NCBI GenBank assembly: GCA_951406725.2
Contig: OX597821.1
Coordinates: 95,790,001 to 95,854,000 of the forward strand
From: Octopus vulgaris
Taxonomy: Eukaryota
Direction of reading: 5' to 3'
DNA: 64,000 nucleotides
A program made the translations under genes and the position numbers. Positions within the stretch are counted from its first letter, which is position 1. Each line of letters opens with the position of its first letter. Shown here piece after piece: positions 25,865 through 37,404 of this stretch. The notes beneath the pieces were generated by a model. The model was not told the origin of the DNA. It made no database searches and worked only from the letters and a program-made list of their open reading frames with translations.

Positions 25865-28800
25865 ATATATACGACGGGCTTCTTTCAGTTTCCGTCTACC
25901 AAATCCACTCTTTGGTTGACTTGAGGCTATAGTAGAAGACACTTGCCCAAAGTGCCACGCAGTGGGACTAAACCCGGAACCATGTGGTTGGTAAGCAAGC
26001 TACTTACCACACAGCCACTCCTACGCCTAATTATAATCACTAATATCTTGAAAATATTTTTGCTATGAATTTTATTATTTCAAAGCACATTTACTGTTCT
26101 TTAAAGTAATAAAATGACTCTAAACAGAGTGTTGAGTCAAAATTATTATGAAGATCCAAGTCGACTAAGGTTTCAACAGCCAGTAGTCCAGCATGCCAGC
26201 ATGTCCCAACTCATGCCTGTATGTAAAATGGACGTTAAATGAAGGTGGTGGTGGTGGCAGTGGCAGTGGTGGCGGTTGTTGTTGTTGTTGTTCTAACAAA
26301 GCTGGAAGTTTGATCAGTTCCTTGCATAATACTCTCTGCCCTTGAGTTACTTTGGAAGATGCAAGTGGATGTCCACATGGTTTTGTGTTTATGTCAAGAA
26401 GATAACGATGTTGTTGCAAATTAGCTAGCTGTAAACACAAAATCATGTGGTCATCCGCTTTTACTTCTTCTTGAAGCATAGTCAGTGGAAATTATCTCTG
26501 TTAAGGTGTGCTTGTTGTTTCAAAGGATTAACACTTTTAAATTTATTTTATTTATTTACTTTTTTTAACTATTTATTTAATTTTTTTTTATCTATTTATT
26601 TAAATTTTTTCCCCTTCTCTTTGAAGATTAAGAAAGTTGTGCCACTAGCTTCAACAGATGAAACAGCAGAATTTTGGGGGCATGGTATACAAGTGAGTTC
26701 TTTTTTACCTGATTACTTCAGAACATATCACTGATGTGTGTGGTGGGGATGGAGGGAACATATATCTATATTAATAAATACACATATACAAAATATTTGG
26801 TGGACCTAACTTGCTACCTGTTTTGACAACACAAGTTAATGTGTGTCTGCTTTTGGCAGAGATCATTCTGTTGAAAGCATCTGATCCAGGAATGCAGTCA
26901 GGAAAAATTTCCTTCCTACAATCTTGGACACTCTTGTGTAAGAGAGAGTGTATATGTTTGTGTGTGCGCACGCGTGTGTGCATGCATGTGTGTGTGTACA
27001 TACATGCATGCATAAATTGTATATATGATGTATGCGTGTACACATAGCTCTAGTGTCTCAGTTTTGGTGTGGTTTCTGTGGCTGAACACCCTTACTAGCA
27101 TCTACCACTTTTAAGAGTGTACTGGGTAGATTTTTTTTTGTGGCACCAACCACACTCTTTTTTGTATGGAAACCCATGTTTTCAGCTATGGAGATTCTGA
27201 TTCTGTAAAAAAAATTGGCAAAAATTACATCTTCAAAATTTCAATTTTTTTGAGATTTGACTTATTTCTGCACTTATACTTTTTGTAACTTTCAAGTTTC
27301 AGTTGTAAAAAAACAAAAAAAAAAACAAAAAAACAAAGAACAATGAACACTTTAATTTCACTTTGTCATAGTATACCTCACCTTATTGCAATCTTTTTGA
27401 ACAAAACAGAAAGATAATATTAGTAAATCAACTAAAGATTAATTAGCTGTATCATATTTCTGATTTCAGAATTTTTTTCTTCAATACTGAGAGGATGATG
27501 GTTAATGATAATAATTTCAAAACTTACAACAGAGCAAAATAGATATTCCAAAGTCATGGCAACATTTGAGCTGACTAATTAAGAATTATGGGGTTGTTGA
27601 TTGTTGATGTGTTTTGTTCAGAATTTTTATGGGTCAAAAAGCAAAACCCATTCAACCACTTAACCTGTCACATTAGCAACATCAGTTACAAAGAATTGTT
27701 GACAAAGAAGAACTGATAGAAAGGGAAGAGCTGTTTCTGGGATCGGAATATGTTTTGTTTCCTTGTTGTTAAACAAGAGTCTTTTTCTCTATTACAGGTG
27801 GCCAGGGATTCCTACAAGACTATGAAGGCCCCAGAATCTTTGTATTTTATTAGAGAATATCAGGTGAGGAGTGCTGCATGTATACAGTTCTGTGTCATAT
27901 TCCAATTTGTACTGAGTACTTTTAATGTTACATTGTTTGTATAAGTGCAGGCATGGCAGTGTTAGATCTGGAGTATTATCTCCTAATGTAACATCCATGT
28001 CAGTATGTCAGGCCAAATTTCACCCATCTTCTGGAGAAGTCACTGCTAGTTATTTTTGAAGTTTTCTTACAGCTCTGGCATCACTCTTTCATAGTCAGCC
28101 TATGAACTTACCAGCCAACCCTCATAGCCATTCTAGCAAAAAATGGATCAAGTTTTCTACTTATTCTTTTACATTTCACTGTTTTCAGTCATTACACTGT
28201 GGCTATGTGGGGGGAGCACATTTAAGGGGTTTAGCTGATCATATCGACCCCAATACAAAATGTATAAGAATGTTTCCTTCATGTTCAATACTATATCAAG
28301 CTACATATTCTTTGCACACAAACACACACACACACACACACACACCTTTCCTCATTCTTTTCCTTTTTTTCAGAACTTTAATTAATAGCTGAGCCATTTT
28401 GGGCATTACTTCTATGCATAACATTTCAACCCTTTTGGACCCCTTTTCTGTCCAAACTAAACCTTGCTGGCTCTTATAAAACCATTCTCCTATCTATAGT
28501 CACCAAATGGGACCAGTGATGGAATCTACTATATAAATAATTACTATTCCTTTCCCAAACACCAATTGTTTTCTATATAACTATAACAATATTGTTTACA
28601 TTTTATTGATAGATTGCTTACAGACCTCTTAGCCAGAAATACTTGTCTTGTCAGCAATTTCTAGTTGTGTTCAGACCCGTTTTTCTCTATTTGCAGAAAC
28701 ATTTAGAGAAAGAAAGAACCATGGATCTTAATAAGTTGACTCGCAGGAATCAACTGTCAAGGGTAATTAGTCATGCTTATACATTTTTCGTTCTTTTTCT

Positions 28801-31800
28801 TTCATTACTCATTCATCTGTTTCACACACATTAACATTACCAAACTTACTTCTGGAAGACTAAACTTCCCCTTCATGGCCAAAAAATATTTCAGCCCTGA
28901 TCTGTTACTGCCTCAAAACATCAATTCCACCTTCACTACATAAATAATAATAATAATAAATGCGCCCTTTTACAGCCTAGCCAGGCTCATGAGCCTGGTT
29001 TCCCGGTTTCTATGGCATATGTGTTCCCCAGCTGGACGGGACGCCAGTCCATCGCAGCGTTACTCATTTTTGCCCGCTGAGTGAACAGGAGCAATGTGAA
29101 ATGAAGTGTTTTGCTCAAGAACACAATGCGTCGCCTGGTCCAGGAATTTAAACCACAATCTTACGAACATGGTGCTGACACCCTAACTACTAAGCCATGC
29201 GCCTCCAGACCTTCACTACATGCAGAAAGAAAAAGAAATCTCTGGGGTTTTAGTCTTTGTTTCATTTTTATAAACAACTGACAAAATTTCTCTCACTACC
29301 TATGGTGATTCTGTATTTATAACACTATTAAGAGCTTTATTAAACTTAATACACTGATTTGCCTTAAAGATAAATTCTCAGTTGCTGGTTTGATTAAAAA
29401 ATTACTGATGCATTAGCAGTGCTTGTTTTTGATGTTATGAAACTTATAGGTTTATTATAATAATAAACCCATAGATAATAAACTTATAAATTTCAGGAAT
29501 AAACATATAGATTTCAGTAATCATCCTTACTGACATTGTTGCATCATTCAAGGCTGAGTCTTTGGATCTACTTCTGGCATTAGCATTTGTTAATTGTTCT
29601 TCCAATCAAAGTGTTACTGTCATTGTAATGAAATATGCCCAGTAGCAAGATAAAATCATGGCAATTGAATTTGTGTAGAAATACAGATTTCCAAAGTGGC
29701 TGAAGAGATCTCCAGACCTCACAGAACCATCTAACATGGTGTGTGTCCAGACCATGAAACATCATTTCAGATGTTTGCTCTGCATCATGTCTTCTAGCCC
29801 AGCATAACAAAATATTGTCACCAGTACTATTTCCCCCATTGGCTTGCTGCCACTCTTAGAGACAAAAGAAAGTAAATATGTTTTAAACTCTGAAATGTTC
29901 TATCATTCTTTGCCATTTTGACTCTAAAATATATTTGGTGTTTCATATTACACACACGCACACAAATACATATTTTTTATATATTTTTCAGATATCAATT
30001 TTAATTTTATTTTATGTATCTCCATTATTGTATCATATTTTTTTGTACAATTTGCTTTTACAATATCATCATCATCATCATTTAACGTGCATTTTCCATG
30101 CTGCCATGGGTTGGACAATTTGACTGAGGACTGGCAAGCCAGTAGGCTGCACCAGGCTCCAATCTGATCTGACAAGGTTTCTACAGCTGGATGCCCTTCC
30201 TAATGCCAACCACTCCAAGAGTTTTTATGTACCACCAACACAGGAGCCAGTCAGGCGGCACTGGCATTGACCATATTCAGATGGTGCTCTTTACATGCCA
30301 CTGGCATGCGGAGCTCGTCAGGTGGCACTGGCATTGATTCACACTTGAATGATGTTTATTGCATGCCACCAGCACTGTCATCGCCCACAACTACGATTTC
30401 CAATTTGATTTTACTTGACTCAGTAGATCCTCTCAAGTGCAGAGTATCGCTCGATGATTCAAGGGCTGGTTATGTGATACTGGTATTGGCACGGCCAGGA
30501 TCTCACTTTACTTGCTGGGTCATTGGCCACGATTTGATTTCAATTGACTGAACAGGTTTTCTCAAACACACCATATTGCCCAATGATTCAAGGGTACTTT
30601 TAAATGGGTTGGTTATGTGACACTGGTATTGGTTACGGCTGTTATCTCACTTTACTTGCTGGGTCTTCTCAATCACAGCATATCTCCAAAGGTCTGTCTC
30701 TTGTCATTGCCTCTGTGAGGCCAAATGTTCAAAGGTTGTGCTTTACCACCTCATCCCGTGCCTTCCTGGGTCTCCCTTTTCCTCAGGTTTCTTCCACTGT
30801 TAGAGTGTGACACTTCTTCACTTAGCTGTCCTCATCCATACATAACACATGGCCATACAAGCACAGTCATCTCTCTTGCACACCACATCTGATGCTTCTT
30901 ATGGCCAACATTTCTCTCAGGGTGCTTACACTCTGTCGTGTATGCCCAATCACATTACACATCCAGCAGATCATACTAGCTTCATTTCTTTCAAACCTAT
31001 ATTTGTCCTCAACACTCATGGCCCATGTTTCTCTGCTGTGTAGCATGGCTGTTCACACACATGCATCATACAGTCCACCTTTCACGCTGAGTGAGAGGCT
31101 CTTTGTTACCAGCAGAGGTAGGAGTTTTCTGAACATTGCCTGGGCTATTCTTATTCTAGTGGCAACACTCTCAGAGCATCCATCGCCACTACAGACTTGG
31201 TCACCTAGGTAGCAGAAGCTATCAACTACTTCTAGTCCTTCACCCACCGACATGTGGTGGAATCTGTTTTCTGTACATCTTCAGTATTTATCACCCCTAT
31301 ACACCTGCTACACACAAGAACTATCTTCCCGGTTATCCTTTCTTTGATATTGCTGCACCTCTTATGTGTCCATAGCTTACACTGGTACATCTTGTGGAGT
31401 TTCTACCTATGTCTTTTCTACAGATCAAGCAGGGCCATCTACTGAAGGGGTTTGTGATATGTCCACCATCCTATTTACTAGGACTTTGGTCCATCATACC
31501 CTGTCAGCCAATTATAACTTACTCTTATATTCCATTATGCAATTAGTGGTCGGTATCTTATTTGGATACCTTTTTATACGTTTTAATGAATATATTTTAT
31601 GTTCTATTTTTCACAATCATTCAAAGTTCAGCAAAAAGAAAGTCCTCACTTTATGAAAATTCAACTTCTAATAGATTATCTCACTCATAATATCAAGTAC
31701 TCTTTTCTCTGTTTTGTTTACACACACATGCGCATGCACACACACACACACACATTCACAGATTGACTGAAAGAAAGTAGAACAGACTATCAAGTTTATC

Positions 31801-33522
31801 AAGAGGGCATTCAAGAAAGAACAAGAAAACAAAAAGGGGGCACCATTCAATCCTATATCTTATTTTATGCATTTCATCACCATCAATAATCACCATTGTC
31901 ACCAACACTATCAACATCATCAGCAGTGAGTCAATAAATGGAACTGGACAGTCCTAGATGCATTGTGCCTGAAAAAGGAGAGGGTGGTAGACATCAGTAA
32001 TGAGTGATAAGGATGTAACAGATGAATGGTGAGAAGGAAGTAACGGCTGTACATACACACATCATCATCATCATCATCATCATCGTTTAACGTCCATTCT
32101 CTATGCTAGCATGGGTTGAACGATTCAATCCAGGTCTGGGAAGCCAGAAGGCTGCATCAGGCTCCAGTCTGATCTGACAGTGTTTCTGCAGCTGGATGCC
32201 CTTCCTAACGCCAACCACTCCGTGAGTGTAGTCGGTGCTTTTTTCCATGCCACTGGCACAGGAGCCAGAGGAGGCTGGCAAACGGCCACAATCGGTTGGA
32301 GCTTTTATGTGTCACTGACACAGATGCCTGTCAGGCGACACTGGCATCTGCCATGTTTGGACGGTGCTTTTTACGTGTCACCGGCACGGGTATCTTAACT
32401 ACAATTTCCATTTGATTTTTATTTTGATATTGACTTACTTGACTCAATAGGTCTCCTCAAGAACAGCGGGTCACTCTATGATCCAAGGTTAGCACAGCAA
32501 GCCGTCCTGCGACCCATTTGTCGGGTCTTCACAGTCACAGCTTATTTCAGAGGTCTCGGTCTTCATCATTTCCTTTGTGAGGCCCTACATGCCACCAGCA
32601 CGGGTATCACAACTACAATATCCATACGATATTTATTTTGATGTTGATGAACTTGACACAATAAGTCTCTCAAGCACAGCAAGCCATCCTGCAAGCCATG
32701 AACTCACTTCATTTGTCGGGTCTTCGAAGTCACAGCATATCTCCAGCATATATACACAACATATGTACACATATGTACATATTTTCATATCAGTAATATG
32801 CTACTCAATGATATGAATGTGTGTGTGTGAGTGTTTGTGTATATGTGTGTATTGTTTGGACCATTTTATCAGATCATAGTGAATCATGTTGCATCGTTGC
32901 ATTTCATTACATTGTTGTTCAACAACCGACAGCTGAAATCTCAAATACCAGTCCTGTGGGAACAAAATTTTGATTGCAATTTTAATGTGAACACGAGTAG
33001 TTTCATGTGGGTTGATATTAACAGGATTGAAAGAATTGTTACAAAATGAAAAATTTGAAAGTTTTTATATTGATTTTATTTCCTATGGCTTGAGTGGCAT
33101 GGAGTGTGATGACTCCACCAATCTGGCTTCTAAACTGTTTTACTACATGATAACAAAAGTGCCAGACATTCCATCATGACTCAGTGCGTTCTGGGACTCA
33201 CTTCCTTCCAGTTTAGGTTAACAATTGTTGGCAAACAATGGGTATTGAAACTGTGTTACAAGCTTGATTTGTTTGGTGCTTACCTCTTTTTGTATAGTAT
33301 TCAGCTCTAGAATTGAACACCTTTTTCACATTATAGGCGCAGGAGTGGCTGTGTGGTAAGAGGCTTGCTTACCAACCACATGGTTCCTGGTTCAGTCCCA
33401 CTACGTGGTACCTTGGACAAGTGTATTTTACTATAGCCTCGGGCTGACCAAAGCCTTGTTAGTGGATTTGGTAGACGGAAACTGAAAGAAACCCGTTGTA
33501 TATATGTATGTGTATATATATC

Positions 33523-33561
<39 letters not shown>

Positions 33562-36500
33562 TTGTGCCACCAATGTCGCTTGACAACCGATGCTGGTGTG
33601 TTTATGTTTCCGTAACTTAGCAGTTTGGCAAACGAGACCAATAGAATAAGTACTTGGCTAGCAAAGAATAAGTCCTGTGGTCGATTTTCCCGACTAAAGG
33701 TGGTGCTCCAGCATGGCCGCAGTCAAATGACTGAAACAAGTAAAAGAGTAAAAAAAAAGTGTATTATGTTCACTGACAAAAACTTATGGACATACAGACA
33801 TATATATAAACGTATATACATGTGAATATGTATACACAGAAAATGAATTTTACAGTAAGTGATTACTTCAAATCTAAATCACTTTATCCACATCTGACAT
33901 GTTTCTAAATGTGTTTATAATCAATATATATTTAACAGAATCAAAATAAATTTAAATTTATGATCAAAATATATTTATCAGCAAAATGTATAGTTATCAT
34001 CAAATTGTACTTGTCATCCAAATATATTTATTACTAAAATGTATTTGTCATGAAAATAAATTTATCATCAGCATATAGGGTGTTTGGGCTTAATTTTAAA
34101 AATTTGCATGAAAGGTAAAAACATAATAATATCCCATCCAAAAAAAAAATATTTTTAAAAATCAAAAAATATCATGAAATATACAGCTGGGAGAGAAAAT
34201 AGTTTACTCAAAGTGCCACTTTCAGTTTCCACCATGGCCTGCAGATGGTTCTGGAACCTGCTGTATAGTGTATGCATTCCTCTCTGTATCTCTGGGAAGA
34301 TCTTTGAACACCTCCTTGATCTTGGCCTTGGGGTTGTAGGCAGAGCAGTTGGGTGTCTTTCTCAAACTACACCCCACACATATAATAACCCATCGGATTA
34401 CAATCGGAGGAATTGGGAAACCAGAAACAGAGGCTGGAGAAGTCATAAAAATTCTCCTACAACCACTTCTGACTCTTTCCAGCTGCCACTCATATGGCCT
34501 TCCAGCAACAACCCTCTCCAGCCAGGATTTGACCACAGTCTCCAGCAGCTTCACATAACCATATAAATTGTGCCTGAGGCCCTGTTCAAGGATGTGCATC
34601 AGCTTGATGTTACCCTTACAGTTTGAGGGAACTTGATTTTCATGATGTCCATGTCACATCTTAACAACCTTTACAGTGTTCACAGCAGTTATGATGCTGG
34701 CATTTTCATACCCAGCGAGAACCATCATGATACAGATAACTCTTTTCTATTATTCAAATGGCTTCCAGTCTTCCATATCAGCTAACTTTTTCTCAACTAC
34801 ATCTTTAATCTTTATATTCTTCAACATGATTGACTGTTCAACAATACATTGAGCTGTTCCTGACAAAAAAAGGGACAAAATTTAATCAAATTTAGCCCAA
34901 ACATCCTGTATTTGGTGAATGACCATTGCACCCTTTAACAATGCATTTTGCGTGATCAAAATATATTCTAAGTCAATCAGATTTACAGTATAGTATGGTA
35001 ACAAGGTCATGTGTTACATCCATTGTTTGGCTACAGTGACTCATGAAAATTTGGGTGGATAATCTCTTACTGTAAAGAAATTATTCAGTAGTAGAGAAGG
35101 AGTTATACCCATGTATGAATGTACACACATACACACACATAATTATGTTGTATGGTATTATAGCATGAATAAATATGATTATCGTTTAACTGCATGTCAG
35201 ATCTAATACAACAAACCTATGCACAAAAACATTCCATTTGTAATCTTCCCCTCTGTTTCTTTCAAACATCTTGGATTACACTATTCAATATGTCATTCTC
35301 TGTTTTTTAAAACTATTGGATGTGATATGAGGGAGGTTTGACTGTTTACTCTTGGAAGTTGAACTTTATGATTTAATTTATGACAGTAGTCATGACTAGT
35401 TAGGTAAACCCATTGAGAGATCATCCATGCAGTCACTTAACCTACTAGAAATAACAGCCAGATTTCTCAAATCATATTTCATTTGCTTCAAAAATGGATG
35501 CATTATGGCTGAATCCTTTGGAATGGCCACAGCTGGAATGCATTTGATTATCATTCTGCTTGATTTCAAGAATGAGTCTGGGCTAAACAGCAAAACTAAC
35601 AATAAATTTAACAGAAAATTATCCAAATATATATTTTCCTATCAATCCTATTTAAAATAATTTAGAATAAGTTTCTTCCCAATTTAATTCAAAATTTCAG
35701 TTCTGATATTTTATCACATTTCAATATATATATATTTATATATATACACACATGCACACACACAGATATGCACACACACACACACACAGATATGTATAGG
35801 CATTAAAAAAAAAGACTGGAATACCATTTTAATCCTGTGTTATAATATGGGAAATATTTTGTTGTCTCTGGGGAGAATCATTTTCTTCTTGTGCCTTATA
35901 ATGTAACACACTCACTGGTAAAATTTCCACTTATTTCTTTATTTTTATTTTCCTAAAATCTTCGTTGCGCCTTGCAACCTTTTCAATAGTCTTGACTCTG
36001 TCTGTTATTTACACTGTGTTCTTTTTGTTTGTTTGTTTGTGCGATATGTGTGTGGGTCAGTGTATGTGTGTACCTATGTATACATGCATGTACATATGTA
36101 TGTGTGTATGTATGTATGCATGTGTTTGTATATATATATGTATGTATGTGTGTGCATCTGTATATATGTATCCTGTATATTCATGTGCTTGCATGTCCGT
36201 ATTTGTGTAATTTCTATGTATGTGTGTATGTGAGCGTGTGTTTGTATATGTATGCATCTCTGTCTCCTTGTGTGTGTGTGTTTTGTAACTATGTACCATG
36301 TTTGTATGTATGGGTGTCCATCTCCATATGTGTGGACCCGTGTCTTCATATGTGTCCATGTGTGGAGTAAAGTGTGTGTGAATATATGGTCATGTGTTTT
36401 AGTCTCCATTTCGTATGTGTGTATGTGTGTTTGTCTGTTCTTATAACCTATGTACCTATCCGTCTGTATGTTGATCTGTTTATTTCATATCCATATGCTT

Positions 36501-37040
36501 ACATACAAAAGCATAGAAAGAGTAAGAGAGAGTGTAGGAGTTGGGGGAGGGGATCTTTTGTTTCATTTTTCTATTTTTTAATTACTTTTTTATTATTTTT
36601 CTTCGCAGAGTCCAACAGGAAACTTTGACTTCAGTTCGAAGACAAACAAAACACTACCAAGCAATCAATCGTTCCCAGATACAGTCACCCATGACAATAC
36701 TCAGACTTTCCATGGCTCCACAACGCATGGACATTATTCAGAATTTCTCGACTATGAGCTGTTTGAGGCATCCCCAGGAGTGAGAGTAGCACGACCATTT
36801 TCTTTATTTACTCCTCCTCCCAAGCATTTTCCCACTGAAATTCAACGCAGCCATAGCACTGGTAAAAGAACGAAAGATAAACATCGGAAATATCGGATAA
36901 AACCACTTTTCCATAAGCCAAGGGGTCAAGTTGTGGTGGGCAAGGAGAAAAAGTTTACTGTCACCTCTGTACCAGAAAATCCCAAACATTCATCTCATAA
37001 GGAGGAAGAAAGTTACCAAGTGGTCACAGAGGAAGTGTAA
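6978..37040 (+). CDS. DUF389-domain multi-pass membrane protein, copy 1 (5'-partial, 15 exons, 553 aa visible)
   Basis: Exons 6978-7049, 7970-8070, 8587-8652, 9839-9902, 11393-11460, 13518-13593, 15142-15247, 15828-15918, 19707-19851, 23541-23612, 25234-25404, 26627-26692, 27798-27863, 28697-28762 and 36609-37040 all have AG/GT boundaries and compatible phases, giving one open frame ending TAA. Motifs typical of metazoan DUF389 proteins: FKKSVKSRLVVEQVV, FTFDY, GLVENNSVVLVASMLISPLMGPILAGTFG, WPTMEMKSRG, LVGVAISASLLLPAVNAG, SLLLTLLNIVCI. Start codon not identified; extra exons between 28762 and 36609 cannot be excluded. Confidence 0.88.
7085..7470 (+). mobile_element. RTE LINE RT fragment
   Basis: Degenerate VQVGVHQGLVL and LIYADDL coding. 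Confidence 0.7.
7970..8070 (+). CDS. DUF389 copy 1 exon (ITFIDCGAPARIEYILKRLMAIGIGQKLKDSSI)
   Basis: tttag acceptor; gtcagt donor; phase 0/2. Confidence 0.78.
8587..8652 (+). CDS. DUF389 copy 1 exon (SIFPASIHVETFDQKNSKEESN)
   Basis: ctcag acceptor; gtatgt donor; phase 2/2. Confidence 0.75.
9839..9902 (+). CDS. DUF389 copy 1 exon (SIKKENESKFKKSVKSRLVVEQ)
   Basis: ttgcag acceptor; gtcagt donor; family-typical KSRLxVxQ motif. Confidence 0.88.
10010..11080 (+). mobile_element. Degraded L1/Tx1-type LINE fragment
   Basis: Motifs GPTYWKL, VSAYADNVTV, LKEYE and KLLGVWFG in several frames. Confidence 0.65.
11393..11460 (+). CDS. DUF389 copy 1 exon (VVNSVHTGAVFTFDYCMFIILA)
   Basis: ttcttccag acceptor; gttagt donor; FTFDY motif. 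Confidence 0.9.
11600..12610 (+). mobile_element. Degraded RTE LINE ORF fragment
   Basis: Similar to 48120-48600 (TWWW, FANVL motifs); many stops. Confidence 0.65.
13518..13593 (+). CDS. DUF389 copy 1 exon (SMISVIGLVENNSVVLVASMLISPLM)
   Basis: ctcgcag acceptor; gtaagt donor; ASMLISPLM signature. Confidence 0.93.
15142..15247 (+). CDS. DUF389 copy 1 exon (GPILAGTFGIVIQNYSLRNLGLRSESIGLALCIIC)
   Basis: ttttgtcag acceptor; gtcagt donor; continues the SPLM-GPI motif. Confidence 0.92.
15828..15918 (+). CDS. DUF389 copy 1 exon (GFIFGLIIGSIQLQGMTGYIDEWPTMEMKSR)
   Basis: catctag acceptor; gtaagc donor; WPTxEMxxR motif. Confidence 0.92.
16611..17846 (+). mobile_element. R4/Dong-clade non-LTR retrotransposon, 5'-truncated, in (TAA)n
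   Basis: Contains RLYIxRxEGGRGL, the CCHC knuckle CRICG..ETINHIISSC, RHD and the PD..D restriction-like endonuclease motif (RPDIVV..IDVSIP). One stop and one frameshift; (TAA)n on both sides. Confidence 0.9.
17885..19270 (-). mobile_element. Degraded RTE LINE fragments
   Basis: Reverse strand gives FGFMPGRGTTDAI-, DLEKA- and LYADDL-like remnants. Confidence 0.65.
19707..19851 (+). CDS. DUF389 copy 1 exon (GMSRSLWIGIFIALPTGAGVSLSVLGGNSKPLVGVAISASLLLPAVNA)
   Basis: Polypyrimidine tract plus ccag acceptor; gtaagt donor; core DUF389 motif. Confidence 0.93.
20416..20861. repeat. Diverged intronic inverted repeat (arms 20416-20545 and 20731-20861)
   Basis: Arms align by eye in reverse complement, e.g. 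agttcaaatatgtttg / caaacatatttgaact and aaagcaccctttggac / gtccagagggtgcttt. Confidence 0.8.
21780..22640 (+). mobile_element. pogo/Tigger-type DNA transposon remnant (DDE_1 C-terminal part)
   Basis: FIKVLYL..NT..ILQPMDQQGISNFK, LREFLKEHYNI, AWRKLWP; frameshifted. Confidence 0.85.
23541..23612 (+). CDS. DUF389 copy 1 exon (GMLWSFALLSVISPPKTTHSNTTA)
   Basis: ctcttcag acceptor; gtaagt donor; phase 0/0; N-T-T sequon in the predicted loop. Confidence 0.88.
23828..24390 (+). mobile_element. (TA)n-embedded nested inverted-repeat element with hammerhead motif (probable Penelope-like remnant)
   Basis: Inverted pairs 23828-23858/24007-24036 and 23897-24008/24275-24387, flanked by (CT)/(TA) and (TA)/(TG) tracts. 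Confidence 0.55.
24156..24213 (+). ncRNA. Type I hammerhead ribozyme motif
   Basis: ACUCA-CUGAAGA-U-GAACUC-agaguacuucuca-GAGUUU-GAA-AUCA-UGA-UGAU-A-UGGGU. All three helices pair (some G.U), the triplet is AUA, and there is an extra U after A9. Confidence 0.62.
25234..25404 (+). CDS. DUF389 copy 1 exon (VSINDNPLGCLPFQDNAYTPMYSCDMAKEMGIMGTISLLLTLLNIVCIFLVGVVMLK)
   Basis: ttttgaag acceptor; gtaaat donor; last TM helix with the SLxLTxxNIxCI motif. Confidence 0.92.
25612..26027 (-). mobile_element. SINE family A
   Basis: Full-length match to 621-1034. Confidence 0.85.
26627..26692 (+). CDS. DUF389 copy 1 exon (IKKVVPLASTDETAEFWGHGIQ)
   Basis: Long pyrimidine tract plus aag acceptor; gtgagt donor. 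Confidence 0.88.
27798..27863 (+). CDS. DUF389 copy 1 exon (VARDSYKTMKAPESLYFIREYQ)
   Basis: ttacag acceptor; gtgagg donor; splice sites conserved in copy 2. Confidence 0.85.
28697..28762 (+). CDS. DUF389 copy 1 exon (KHLEKERTMDLNKLTRRNQLSR)
   Basis: ttgcag acceptor; gtaatt donor; conserved in copy 2. Confidence 0.75.
28942..29206 (-). mobile_element. tRNA-derived SINE family D with (TAA)n tail
   Basis: A/B-box-like head; TSD ccttcactacat; mirror copy at 60821-61088. Confidence 0.85.
30065..31500 (-). mobile_element. RTE LINE 3' part with (GAT)n tail
   Basis: LEVVDSFCYLGD..RIRIA..LYDACV followed by a repeat-containing 3' UTR and the tail; duplicated at 58090-59555. Confidence 0.85.
33336..33758 (+). 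mobile_element. SINE family A (shared by both duplication arms)
   Basis: Mirror copy at 55712-56133. Confidence 0.85.
33960..34075. repeat. Degenerate ~17-bp AT-rich minisatellite (aaatatatttatcatca-like)
   Basis: Seen directly; the mirror at ~55370-55510 has extra units. Confidence 0.6.
34200..34700 (-). mobile_element. Tc1/mariner (maT/DD37D-like) transposase remnant
   Basis: LLETVVKSWLERVVAGRPYEWQ; mirror copy at 54700-55240. Confidence 0.75.
36609..37040 (+). CDS. DUF389 copy 1 terminal exon (SPTGNFDFSSKT...YQVVTEEV*)
   Basis: T-rich tract plus cgcag acceptor; 143 open codons plus TAA; the same frame is open in copy 2. Confidence 0.8.
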   Translation, partial: SPTGNFDFSSKTNKTLPSNQSFPDTVTHDNTQTFHGSTTHGHYSEFLDYELFEASPGVRVARPFSLFTPPPKHFPTEIQRSHSTGKRTKDKHRKYRIKPLFHKPRGQVVVGKEKKFTVTSVPENPKHSSHKEEESYQVVTEEV

Positions 37041-37398
37041 GTAGCATTGCTGAAGCAAAGGATGGCTGTAGTGTGTGTATGCATCGATACTTGTGTGTGA
37101 ATTAGTGGGAAGAATGTGTAAGGTTAGTCAGTAATATTGATTTTAAATTTTGGCACAAGGCCAGCAACTGCAGTGAAGGAAGTAAGTCAATTACATCAAC
37201 TCCAGTGTTCAACTGGTACTTACTTTATAGACCCTGAAATGACAAAAGACAAAGTCAGCCTCTGCACAATTTGAACTCAGAACATAAAAGACAGAGGAAA
37301 CGCCTCTAAGCATTTTACCCAGTGTGCTAATGATTCTGCCTTAATGTTAGTCAGTAACATTAACTCTACTCTTATCTGCAAGCCTTGGTAAAGCGGGG

Positions 37399-37404
37399 AA
37401 TAAA
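37399..37404 (+). promoter_or_regulatory. Candidate polyadenylation signal of copy 1
   Basis: AATAAA ~360 nt after the stop codon, followed by GT-rich sequence; conserved in copy 2 (52036-52041, - strand). Confidence 0.35.

Noticed and set aside
32831-33049. ORF kept in both duplication arms (also 56422-56676)
   Set aside because: Conservation is explained by the recent duplication; no convincing donor site or protein motif.
35965-36450. Overlapping Cys/Val/Tyr-rich ORFs (mirror at 52990-53450)
   Set aside because: Degenerate (TG/TA)n low-complexity sequence.
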